A DNA stretch of 62,600 nt, counting the filler, from Stramenopiles sp. TOSAG23-2 (Eukaryota): NCBI GenBank assembly GCA_900128395.1. It is 6 parts of 6 records of this genome, joined end to end, with 100 filler letters (N's around TTAATTAATTAA, not from the genome) between each part and the next. Parts side by side here need not be neighbours in the genome. Positions count along the whole stretch, not along the records: positions 31,389 to 41,732 come from LT650025.1; positions 41,833 to 52,169 come from LT650026.1; 4 more parts are not named here. The stretch is one strand, 5' to 3'. Of the stretch, positions 34,078 through 44,583 are shown piece after piece; the stretch's first letter is position 1, and the number at the start of each line of letters is the position of its first letter. Below the pieces are notes generated by a model. It did no database searches. It saw nothing but the letters and a program-made list of their open reading frames with translations, and was not told the origin of the DNA. Made by a program: the position numbers and the translations under genes.

Positions 34078-35106
34078 ATGAAAGTTCATGTGGAATCCGA
34101 GAATGATATACTAACAACTGGTAATAATGTATTAAATGGTGGAAAACGTTGCAGACGGCCAAATTGTAGGTCAACTGCGCGCATTGGTGAATATTGTGAA
34201 GTACATGCTTTACAAAAACATGAAGCGATGGTGTCCAACCCTGATTTATACGCATATTTAAACGATTCAACCCTTCGCTCGCGATTTCAATCGTGGTTTA
34301 TTAAAAAGTCCGATACAGTAAATGTTAATCGCATGTTATTGTGGTATGCTATCGACAATTTTAAATCATGCAGTTCCCCAGAACTTAGAAAATCTAGATC
34401 ACGAAAAATATATAAGAAATATTTATCAACAAACTCTAATTTGCGCGTGCGCGTGCATACGAGAGTCGAAGATCTATGCCAATCATCCTTCAGTAAATTT
34501 GATTTTATTCCTTCTGAAATTTTATACCAAGTCCAAGGGGCAATTTTTTTATCATTGGAAAGAATATTTTTAAATTCGTATATTACGTCAAGTGAATTTA
34601 TTTCATTCGCAGAAATGCAAAAAAAGAAATTAATTTCACAAAAACAAGAAGACGAGGGGAAAAATAATATTAATAATAAAGCCCAATGGGGTTTGCCTGG
34701 TGACTTTTTTCGTAATAAAAGTTTTACCTTGTATAATAGGCAAAAACGAAAATCTAGAGTAGAAAATTATAGAAATAATCTTTTAAGTAATGAGAGAATG
34801 GATTTAAAAAGTGATACAGATCAAATACTCTATACAAATAATACAAGTAGTAGTATAATGGAAAAGTCATTGGATTTTAAATTGGCATATGATACAACGC
34901 GTAATTTAAAAAATGAAATTTTAAATACGAATAATGGAAAGAAAACCCGAACAAAAATATCGCTAATTCCAAGATCAGCTAAAGGTAATGATACTGGATT
35001 GTTAATAACTCCAAGATCGTCACGATTAGAAGAAATGGATGAAGCAAGTGCTGCATTAATAGTTGCGTCTTTTGGTGGGAATGTTGCAAGACGAACAACG
35101 AAGTAA
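34078..35106 (+). CDS. RGS-domain protein with an N-terminal C-x4-C...C-x2-H zinc finger
   Basis: KRCRRPNCRSTARIGEYCEVH; RGS pattern YLNDSTLRSRF...LLWYAIDNFK...SRKIYKKYL...SEF. Likely ATG at 34078. Confidence 0.75.
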   Translation: MKVHVESENDILTTGNNVLNGGKRCRRPNCRSTARIGEYCEVHALQKHEAMVSNPDLYAYLNDSTLRSRFQSWFIKKSDTVNVNRMLLWYAIDNFKSCSSPELRKSRSRKIYKKYLSTNSNLRVRVHTRVEDLCQSSFSKFDFIPSEILYQVQGAIFLSLERIFLNSYITSSEFISFAEMQKKKLISQKQEDEGKNNINNKAQWGLPGDFFRNKSFTLYNRQKRKSRVENYRNNLLSNERMDLKSDTDQILYTNNTSSSIMEKSLDFKLAYDTTRNLKNEILNTNNGKKTRTKISLIPRSAKGNDTGLLITPRSSRLEEMDEASAALIVASFGGNVARRTTK

Positions 35107-35664
35107 GCTATCGTTCAGTGTAGTAGTGAGATATACGTACGTAGATTTTATTTGCCTCAGTTACGTTATATTCTTTATGGAGAGAGTAGGAATTGTCTAG
35201 TTGTATTATTAATTAATACGAATCGTATTTCTTGTCAAATTAATAATAAAATATTATACTTCGTATATCTCATATTTTTTTTATGCATATATATTATATA
35301 TTAAATTATATATTACGTATAAGAAATGACATTTTTGACAGTTTAGAACATTTCAGTAAATGCTATGTCTAATGTTGTCAGAATCTGTGCAATGCATAGT
35401 CTAATTAGAGATGGAAATAATGCCCACGAACCCACGAACCCACGAATCAAATATGCGCCGTATTTGAACCCCTATAGGGATATTTGTATTATATTATTTG
35501 TAAGCTGGTAAGCCAGTAAGCATACAAATGATGTAAAGCATGATGTAGCACATGTTTGTACATATATATTTATAAATAGATTACGCAACATTTAAATGAC
35601 ATACCCTCAAACTCACGCAAATATTATTTTGAATATAATTAAAAGAAACGTAAATGAAAAGACA

Positions 35665-36969
35665 TCAAATAACACCAGCTGAAGAATTTAATGGATCATC
35701 CTCTCCCATTTTTATTATATTTCCCGATTCATTATCGATCGGTATTGTTATTCCAAAGTGTAAAATTACTTTTTCCCATTCCTTAATTCCAAATGTAGTA
35801 TCTTTCGATATTTGTTTGCATGTTTCATGATAAATGTTAACAATTTCCGATGTTGTTAAAAGTTTTTTTGTACAATGTTTCATCATCTTAATAAATAAGT
35901 CTAAATCAACTTTCATATCTTCAATCGTTTTCTTCTTTTTCAATTAGATTAATAATGCTTGTAAATAAATGTGATCAATAATTTGAAATAATATGATATA
36001 AAAAAGTTATATACGTGCATACACACATGTGCACATACCAAAGTTGCCAATATAAAAAAATTTACAAATATATATAGTAGTTTGCGATCAACATGTGCAC
36101 ATGGGCCCCTCTGCTAAGGCTTGCCTGGCTTGCATACTCCGAAAAAATTGGATGTGTCCTTATTAAACACTTATAATACAGTAAGATCCTGATTCTTATA
36201 CGTTTTTTTGGTTATGTCTTGGATTTAGGATGGACACAGCAGGTACTACAAAATAAAACTACACAGTATTGAAAAATGATGAACCATTTATTGGAAATCT
36301 GCGCCGAACAACTCCGAAAGTAGATACCATAGTCGTCTAGAGGACTATTGTGCATCCATAGTCGTCTAGAGGACTATTGACTATTGTGCAATTGCAGTCG
36401 GAGTTGTTCGGCGCAGATTTCCAATAAATGGTTCATTTTTCAATACTTTGTTCATTTCAAATTCGATCAGACAACAATTACTCCTTATACTGTATTATTT
36501 GGGCCCGCATCCCTATGTTATAAATAAATAAAATACGTATATACTAAACAACTTCTTAATCCCCGTAAACCCATCAATTTGAAGATGAGTTTACAGAGAT
36601 AAAATTTTTATATGCTTTTAAAATTTGATTAGACAAAACCTTATTAGTTATGCCATCTGCAACTTCCATTTCCAAATACTGTGATAAATCAATCAAGATT
36701 GAACGTTTAAAATGCATAAGTCGCGTAAAGGTTACAACCTTAGATTCAAGATGTCGCGCAAAAGGAGAATTTGAATCAAAAGTTGAGAAATTTTTACGAT
36801 ACTGTTCCATAGCAGCAAAACATTCATGACCATCTAAATTTTCACTATCATCATCATCATGAACAATATGAAATAAAGCCTCTTCATCACCGTCAGGAGG
36901 CAAGTACTTCTGAACTGTAACTACATTCATGTTGCCATTAGAATAAAGTCTAAGATAAAATAATACCAA
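35665..36969 (-). pseudogene. Fragmented gene with a Tudor-like segment, possibly interrupted by an insertion
   Basis: KYLPPDGDEEALFHIVHDDDDSENLD is Tudor-like. No clean ATG; the two ORF pieces cannot be spliced in frame with confidence. Confidence 0.35.
36265..36447. mobile_element. MITE-like foldback: ~50-bp terminal inverted repeats enclosing a 24-bp direct repeat x2
   Basis: 36265-36317 is the reverse complement of 36398-36447 except for a 3-nt indel; CCATAGTCGTCTAGAGGACTATTG at 36327 and 36356. Confidence 0.6.
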
Positions 36970-37133
36970 AGATCTATTGCGTAATGGATAATGGATATAT
37001 AGGTAACCCTCCCTGCCAAAGTTTATAACGAGATATCAAATATAAAGAGCAAGGTATGGCAATTTACCTGAAATATTTCTTGCTGGCGCACATCATATCA
37101 TATTTCTTATACGATATGATATGATACCTTCTT

Positions 37134-39920
37134 TTAACATGTTTTTTTTACTTCTAAATGAAATGACCATAAGTCATACACCAAACTTTCTGACTTTGTA
37201 GTTAGTTTTGGTAAGTGTTTAACATGGAAAAGACAATTATCAACTATACTTTTTTGATTATTTTGTTTTTTAACATTGTTACTATTAAACTTTTGAAATA
37301 TTTGTTGCAAACATGTTCCAGTTATATCACTTTTTCCATTGCTACTGATTAATAACATCAATAGATACTGATTGTCGCTACCATCGATACCAAGATTCAT
37401 GGATCCTATCCACATTTCTACTAAATTCAACCAATCTTCTTCAAATCGTTTCCAACCACCATCTACAAGAATAACAATACTTTTAATTGATTGTAAACGA
37501 GAAATGACTATAAGTTTATTATCATTTATCATAAAGTCTTCTACTGTATTACAACTTACAGTTATAGATGAATTTGTAGATTTAATTTTAATGTCTGTTT
37601 TACCAATCTTCCTATTTGGAGATATGATTCGATTGACAATTTCATTATATTGTACAATATCGTTGCCTGAACATAAATATATGCGTTTTAACTGTTGGTT
37701 TGTTTTTGCCATTTTAATCAAATTTGGATATATAATAAAATTTCCTGGTTCATATATCAACACTGAATCAATCATCCCCAAATCGTCGTTTAATAATTGA
37801 TTCATCAACGCATTGGATACAAAGCGAAATTTCTTTGCGATGGATGAATTACACGGTTCTTTCACACGATTTAGATCCCATTGCGTGAATTCATTAAATG
37901 ATTTTGGTAAAGATGTTTTATTAAGTAATGATACCAACGTACTCTGTGTATTATCATTACCATTTTTATCATTATATTTGTTGTTATCGTTGTTATTTTT
38001 ATTACCTGAAAAAATTAAGCACATATGTGGGGAATGTGATATATATTGACATCCATAGATACAATGTAGTGCAACTCCATGTTTTTCCCCAACTAATATA
38101 ATGCCTTGAACAACCCAATCAATAAAAATATCTTTCCAATATTCGTAACCAATTTTGCTATGTTTTATATGTATCCCTAAAAGAAACGTTCCATTTATAG
38201 CAAAATGTTGCTTTTTAAATAAATAATCAATATCAGGCCATTTAGAACAATGTTGGAGTGAATGTCCAGTACGAGCAACTTCATCATAACCTAACCAAAC
38301 CACGCGACATCTTCTAGTAACATTCGTTTTACTATCATTTTTCAAAAAATTTATGCCATCATTACATCGCTCCATGATTAAATCTTGCCATCGAATATTG
38401 GAAATATTTGTACACCATTCTGTACTAGAGGAAGTATTATTTTTTTTTTTGGCGTTTATACTACTTTTTGCTATGATAGAATTGTATATTGATTCTGCAA
38501 TGAATTTATCATTTATTGGATTTGATAATACTATAAAAAGGTTGTTCCTTTGCATATGATAATTCTTATCATTGTCAATAGATCTATCTGCTAATTTGTC
38601 ATCTTTTCTGTTGATCGTTAAAATTTCAGATGCAACTGGTATAAGCTTGTTATCTAATACCAATACATTATTATTATCATAACCGTTTCCCACATCATCC
38701 ACTAAAATATGGTAAGTTTTTATCAAATATACAAGACGTTTTGATATATAAATACATGCATTAAACAGCTTAGTACTCTGCAATTTATTTAATTGGAATA
38801 ATTTCCATGTGTCATGAAATGTTATATTTTCATAGCACTTTATTAATTTCCCTTTTCTTTCCTTATTATTATTATTATTATTATCATCATCATCATCATC
38901 ATCATGATTGATTTCATTTTCGGGTATGATAATAATATTATCAATAGCAGACGTGTGTTTAATACTAGAATCATTTAAATTAGACGCGAAAGATAATGAT
39001 CGTGTTGGAATCAATTTTGCAAATTGCTTTTTTGAAAATAGAATTGTGTTCATTTTTGATTTTATAACATATTTTGCAACTCCAATACAATGCATGGTGC
39101 CATAACTTGATTTACTTGACTCGAAATAAACATGAGATACAATAGAATCAATTATTTCATTTTCATAATATATTGGCGAACCCCTTTGGGACAATGTAAT
39201 AGCTAAAGTGGAAGATGGTGATAATAAATCATTTGAAAAAATATTGCTAATATCTTCTTTTCTCCTTCTACCTGCCCTTGAGTTTATTGTACCACAATAA
39301 TCTAACCAACAAAAATCAAATTTTTCGCTCCTTTTCCCCCCTTCTAATTTCACTTTTTTGTGTAAATATCCATCATCTTCTCGTTTCTCTGTAATGATAG
39401 TAGCAATTCCTGGACTGATAGTAGATTCCTGGTTTCCTTTTTTGTATTGATTTCGTTTGTTGCTATTATTGCTGTTATTATCAGTATTATTAGGTTTGAA
39501 AAACTCGTGTGAAGTTGTCTGGAATAGGGTAACTCCTGGGTATTTTTTCTTTATTTCATGAACTACTTGAATATCTGGATTAGCAACAACTATGTTATGT
39601 TCAGATATACCTGTATCAGGATTGTTTAAAATGGTTTCTATGGTTAGACAAGCACTACTTTCCAGAATAAATGCCCGCTTTGTTGCTGTTTGATATTTTA
39701 TTAAACTATTGTTTTGACTATTTTTGATGACAGTAATATATTTTGCTACAACCCATTCGTTTATTTGCTTTTTTAAATAGTGTTTACCAACATTATATTC
39801 CCCACTACCAGTGATCTTCCTCGCTTGATTTTTGCTTAGAAGAATGTTTTTATTGACAAGTTTATTTTGTTGCCACCTACTTTTATTGGAATCCATGTTG
39901 TTTTTAATAGTATCACTCAT
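37134..39920 (-). CDS. Uncharacterised 928-aa protein with an apparent triplicated methyltransferase-like domain
   Basis: Unit 1 AFILES..IVVANPD..FDFCWLDYCG; unit 2 VLVLDN..FIVLSNP..VVWLGYD; unit 3 VLIYEP..IYLCSGND..IVILVDG. Confidence 0.55.
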   Translation of the reverse strand: MSDTIKNNMDSNKSRWQQNKLVNKNILLSKNQARKITGSGEYNVGKHYLKKQINEWVVAKYITVIKNSQNNSLIKYQTATKRAFILESSACLTIETILNNPDTGISEHNIVVANPDIQVVHEIKKKYPGVTLFQTTSHEFFKPNNTDNNSNNSNKRNQYKKGNQESTISPGIATIITEKREDDGYLHKKVKLEGGKRSEKFDFCWLDYCGTINSRAGRRRKEDISNIFSNDLLSPSSTLAITLSQRGSPIYYENEIIDSIVSHVYFESSKSSYGTMHCIGVAKYVIKSKMNTILFSKKQFAKLIPTRSLSFASNLNDSSIKHTSAIDNIIIIPENEINHDDDDDDDNNNNNNKERKGKLIKCYENITFHDTWKLFQLNKLQSTKLFNACIYISKRLVYLIKTYHILVDDVGNGYDNNNVLVLDNKLIPVASEILTINRKDDKLADRSIDNDKNYHMQRNNLFIVLSNPINDKFIAESIYNSIIAKSSINAKKKNNTSSSTEWCTNISNIRWQDLIMERCNDGINFLKNDSKTNVTRRCRVVWLGYDEVARTGHSLQHCSKWPDIDYLFKKQHFAINGTFLLGIHIKHSKIGYEYWKDIFIDWVVQGIILVGEKHGVALHCIYGCQYISHSPHMCLIFSGNKNNNDNNKYNDKNGNDNTQSTLVSLLNKTSLPKSFNEFTQWDLNRVKEPCNSSIAKKFRFVSNALMNQLLNDDLGMIDSVLIYEPGNFIIYPNLIKMAKTNQQLKRIYLCSGNDIVQYNEIVNRIISPNRKIGKTDIKIKSTNSSITVSCNTVEDFMINDNKLIVISRLQSIKSIVILVDGGWKRFEEDWLNLVEMWIGSMNLGIDGSDNQYLLMLLISSNGKSDITGTCLQQIFQKFNSNNVKKQNNQKSIVDNCLFHVKHLPKLTTKSESLVYDLWSFHLEVKKTC

Positions 39921-40137
39921 TTGGATTAATCCATATGTATTTTTAATTTTACAAAATTGTAAACGAAAATGGAAATATTCTTCTGCTATCTAAATTATTT
40001 GGAAAGCGAGCTATATAATTGCACAATTTTATTATGTTATTGTTCAAAACAGAAAGAATTAATATTATACCTTTCTTCTCCCTGAATATATATAGATATT
40101 AACTTTAGAGTTATCTACATTAATTAAAGAGATGGTG

Positions 40138-40139
<2 letters not shown>

Positions 40140-40182
<43 letters not shown>
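40140..40182. repeat. Poly-T tract (43 nt)
   Basis: Direct read; lies between two divergently transcribed genes. Confidence 0.9.
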
Positions 40183-40528
40183 CAACTTTTTTTTTCCAGC
40201 CCTCTAGTATGGAAATAGCATTACCAAATCTTAGGAACTTAGTAAACAGTTTTATTATAAGTATAAAAATAATTTCAATAATAAATAATGGTTTTAGTTT
40301 CGTGTTTTTTCATTTATTATACAGTAGTGCTATTATTATACTGATGATGTAATAATTTTATCATCCAGGACTATTATTATTATTACTATGATGTATGGCC
40401 AAACAATAAATCTGGAATCAGGAATATATATACCAAAAAATAGACTCGCCCTATAGAAACGCTTATGCTAATGCATCTGCGTATATGTAGCACACTGACG
40501 AACACACGGAGTGCCTCACACTGCTGGC

Positions 40529-41608
40529 ATGAGTTTACTTTCATCTAGTTGTTTGAGAAGTACTGTCAAGAAAACAACAGTTGGATTAATTGGATCGGTA
40601 ACAACCTTTGTTTTTATACGTAGTGACTCATTTGCTGGTCATTTTATGTCTGTAATATGTGCGGTTATTGCATATGAATACTATTATATAATTGTACCTG
40701 GATTTCAAGACTTTGAGGTTATCGATCCAAAGAGACACGTATTAAAAGGTGAAAATTATTTAACAAATCATGAAAAGTTTACATATAATTTGGAACCCGC
40801 ATCAGTTCGGCGAAAACGTGGTCCAAGCAAGATGTTTTTAGTACTTTCATCTTTTGTTATGACTTATTTTGCACATTACGGGAACAGTAAGTTTTATTCA
40901 ACTAGTTTAACCATGATAACTTCTGTCGTTGTATCGTTACATTTTATATTTCGTTGGAATAAAGGCAATGCATCACCAACAATTTTGGACTTGTTTGATT
41001 TATTTATTGATGTCTTGGGTATATTCATTACATGGTTAATGGGGCATATTATATTGTTGCGTTATTATCCAATGTATGGCACTGCGTATGTAACAATTGT
41101 TTTTCTAGTTGCATGGACAGCAGATGCGGGGGCTTTAGTCTTTGGCAAACTTTTTGGTAAATATACACCAAAGCTAATGCCTCGTACCAGTCCTAATAAA
41201 ACTGTTGCTAGTTTATTGGGTGCTATTGTCGTAGGGTTATTAACAATGACTTCTTTAGGTTTTGTTTTGATGCAACGTGGTTACTTTTTTAGAATCAATT
41301 TCAGTTTGCAACCACCGCCATTATCTAGCTACGTTCCACTTGTTTCAATTGGGTTTGTTTTAGGGATATCAAGCGTTGTCGGCGATACGTTTGAATCAAT
41401 TATCAAACGCGCTGCTCGCGTGAGGCATTCAGGGGCAACCTTGCCAGGTTATGGCGGTTTTCTAGATTACTTTAATAGCGTTGCTGCATGCGCTGTGGTT
41501 ATGTATTATTTCATCGTCCCTATATTTATACCGTTTTGGGAAAATTACAATTTTGGTCTAATAAACCGGATATTGTACGTTTGGTTTGGTTTGCGCTTCG
41601 AATGGTGA
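40529..41608 (+). CDS. Phosphatidate cytidylyltransferase (CdsA/CTP_transf_1 family), divergent
   Basis: WTADAGALVFGKLFGK, PRTSPNKT, GDTFESIIKRAARVRHSGATLPGYGGFLDYFNS; multiple TM segments. Confidence 0.8.
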   Translation: MSLLSSSCLRSTVKKTTVGLIGSVTTFVFIRSDSFAGHFMSVICAVIAYEYYYIIVPGFQDFEVIDPKRHVLKGENYLTNHEKFTYNLEPASVRRKRGPSKMFLVLSSFVMTYFAHYGNSKFYSTSLTMITSVVVSLHFIFRWNKGNASPTILDLFDLFIDVLGIFITWLMGHIILLRYYPMYGTAYVTIVFLVAWTADAGALVFGKLFGKYTPKLMPRTSPNKTVASLLGAIVVGLLTMTSLGFVLMQRGYFFRINFSLQPPPLSSYVPLVSIGFVLGISSVVGDTFESIIKRAARVRHSGATLPGYGGFLDYFNSVAACAVVMYYFIVPIFIPFWENYNFGLINRILYVWFGLRFEW

Positions 41609-41732
41609 TGCATCATTCGAATATTTTACGGAAGTGCTCGTAGATATTTATTCATTTATTTTACGAAGTACGAGTACGAAAAATCATGGCATGGGTAGCA
41701 GCTGGAAGACCTATGTATGATGAGAATGGAGA

Positions 41733-41832
41733 NNNNNNNNNNNNNNNNNNNNNNNNNNNNNNNNNNNNNNNNNNNNTTAATTAATTAANNNNNNNNNNNN
41801 NNNNNNNNNNNNNNNNNNNNNNNNNNNNNNNN
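41733..41832. other. Artificial contig linker
   Basis: N44-TTAATTAATTAA-N44. Confidence 0.98.
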
Positions 41833-42186
41833 GATCGCCCGGTGACTATGATTTTGAATGATATCCTCTTTCGATAATAGTTTTTTGCAGCCTACAGTAT
41901 TCACATGATGAATCTCATTCTGTTGCGCATTCTTGTTAATATTCGTAACTATCTCAGGTTCGTTAGTCTTATTCCTAATATCTTTTGGATAGTACAATCG
42001 AAAATGTTTAATACATGGAAATTGTCGTGTGCTACCATCACCATATACCCTCTGTTTATATCCTAACATGATTTCGACCTTGGGTGAAACGGTTGCCGTA
42101 TCTTTGGACTTGGAAGAGGTTTTCCATCGCCTCCACCATGTAAGTATCTTCGCCGCTGGGATAGTACGGCGCAAAAAGTACCACAT
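41833..42186 (-). CDS. Hypothetical protein fragment with an IQ-like motif, truncated at the contig edge
   Basis: AAKILTWWRRWK; frame stays open to the gap. Confidence 0.3.
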
Positions 42187-42466
42187 TAATATATATATTA
42201 AATTTTACTTCCCAAGTGGTAAACACTATGCTCAATACTCTATCTCAGAAATAATCCAGTCAGTCCTACTATATATAGTAAAGCTCTAATGCACGTCTGC
42301 ACTCTAATACTCTACAACCATGACAACCATGAGTATCATATCGCATTTATGAATTCGTATATAATATAAATGATACGTCGTATATCATAGCTTTGCTTTT
42401 TATCCATCGGCATTTAAACCTGCCCATAATTTACTTTCATAAAAACCACCATCGGCTTTAGTTGTA

Positions 42467-43978
42467 TTACGTGCCATCGGCATTTAAACCTGCCCATAAT
42501 TTACTTTCATAAAAACCACCATCAGCTTTAGTTGTATTACGTGCAGCTAAAGCTGCGTCTTTGAGTGCTTTCCACATCTCAACATTACCTTCAAAAAATC
42601 CTGGTTCATGGTAATAAATATCATGCTTTTTACAAATTGCTTTTACTAATTTGCGAGCTTGACGTAAGTTATGCCTTGGCAAACGTGGATATAAATGGTG
42701 TTCAATTTGGAATTGTAAGCCAATATGCGCATAATCAAACCATGGATTCGTTGCTACATTCATAGTTGTTCTCAATTGCATTAAATACCACTCCGTTTCT
42801 TTATTTACATACGGTGTACCTTTATAAGTTTCCATTGACCAATGGGAAAGTACGATTTGCACATGCAATATTCCAGCAACAGCATGTGATATTAACATCC
42901 AACCTAATGTTTCCATTCCAGTTGGCATCGAAAATGCGACTGAAAACATCCATACAAAGAACAAACCAATACCAGTCAACTCGGTCCATTTGTAATGGGC
43001 TTTATCATGATCAGTAATCAAAAATATAACACCTTGTGCATACAAATTCCACCTTCCTAATGCCATTAATGGATAAAATACAATATGTTGATTACTAACG
43101 AGAAATTTAGCAAGCCAATCCATCTTAACCCACTTCTTATGATATGTATCCCAAAATGGTTTTTCAAATATTTTATCTGTAATTGCTATCATTGGCATAT
43201 GTTGAATATTTGGATCGTGCTCTACAGCGTTACAAACAATATGATGAGTGTTATGGTCACTTTTCCACCAACAGACAGATAAGCCCATAAATGCACTCAA
43301 TATAGAGCCGATAATGTGATCTTTATGAAAATCATGAGTAACGCCGGAATGTCCCAAATCGTGTCCTAAGCCAGCCAACTGCTGCCAAAAAACACCCATC
43401 ATAGCAGCCCCAACCATCCGCATAGACGTTGTACCGCCTCCAACGTACCCAAGTGAAAAGGCTAGTGCACCAACAAACCAACTTGTAAGCCAAACACCTA
43501 ACTTTGCATACCAGCTGTAATCTGTTTCAAATAACCCATCCTTCAACATTTGTTGCCTCGCTTCTCTAAAATCAGCAACGTGTGGATAAACTTTCACATC
43601 TATGCATTCCCCAACTAAATATTTTGGCAACATGGTTTTATATACTCTTGCTGCGTGGTAGTTTGCAAATACGTCCGTAGCATCTTTACCTGCCATATTT
43701 ACAACTGGTCCAACACCACCTGGATGTCTGTCGATAAAACTAGTTATATCATACACACGCTCATCCAAAATAATCCAGCAATCATCCTTCGTATTATGTT
43801 TTGCAACTTCTTCCATCGTATACTTTGGCAAAGTTTTGCCTCTGAGTTTACTTGGTATTTTTGGGTATAAAACACATTTTTTCGACACACCATAGTCTTC
43901 ACGCCAAATTAACTGCTCATCTTCAGTCGTTTTCTCTTCGCCAACTTTTATGGACTTTCGATTAAATACACGTGCCAT
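42467..43978 (-). CDS. Cytochrome b5-fused front-end desaturase, most like sphingolipid delta-8 desaturase
   Basis: HPGG; His boxes [37 protein letters not shown]. Confidence 0.9.
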   Translation of the reverse strand: MARVFNRKSIKVGEEKTTEDEQLIWREDYGVSKKCVLYPKIPSKLRGKTLPKYTMEEVAKHNTKDDCWIILDERVYDITSFIDRHPGGVGPVVNMAGKDATDVFANYHAARVYKTMLPKYLVGECIDVKVYPHVADFREARQQMLKDGLFETDYSWYAKLGVWLTSWFVGALAFSLGYVGGGTTSMRMVGAAMMGVFWQQLAGLGHDLGHSGVTHDFHKDHIIGSILSAFMGLSVCWWKSDHNTHHIVCNAVEHDPNIQHMPMIAITDKIFEKPFWDTYHKKWVKMDWLAKFLVSNQHIVFYPLMALGRWNLYAQGVIFLITDHDKAHYKWTELTGIGLFFVWMFSVAFSMPTGMETLGWMLISHAVAGILHVQIVLSHWSMETYKGTPYVNKETEWYLMQLRTTMNVATNPWFDYAHIGLQFQIEHHLYPRLPRHNLRQARKLVKAICKKHDIYYHEPGFFEGNVEMWKALKDAALAARNTTKADGGFYESKLWAGLNADGT

Positions 43979-44583
43979 TTCTTTTCTATATACTTCTTCG
44001 TACCTTCTCTTATAATATTCTCAAATAATTTTCAGTTCTTTTGATAGTGGATTCCTCTTCAAGTATTTCTATACACACTAATTATTATTGCATCAACTCC
44101 ATGCATATATATTATATGCATACAATATTTAAATAGCTTATATAAACAACTGCTGAACAACTTATATACCTTTGGTTTGGTTTAAAAGCTAAAATGAACT
44201 CAGGATAGTAGTGTAATAGGTACATGGTGTAAAAATTAGTGTGTTTTTATGCACGCGACAATTTTAAAGCTACTGTAAAAGGCATTCGATTTCCAATTTC
44301 AGGGCACCACAGGCTTCAGATTTTGTGGCCATAAAAATCATACTCCTTAAAGTACCAATATATTAGTATTAAAATGTAAAAATTGCCGTGTAAAAAATTC
44401 TATTATAGGTTAAGGTGTGGCTACGAGGATGCAATAATCCATCAAACAAGATTTACTTGAGGAAATGAAAAATATACGAATTCGTATGTTTTTTTAATAA
44501 ATGTACGAAGCGTTCGTATTAATAAAGGCACACAAAGAAAAGGAGTTACACACACACACATATGCGGTGCGCGCGAGCAACAC

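Noticed and set aside
40140-40200. Poly-T as a retroposon tail
   Set aside because: No target-site duplication or element body could be identified.
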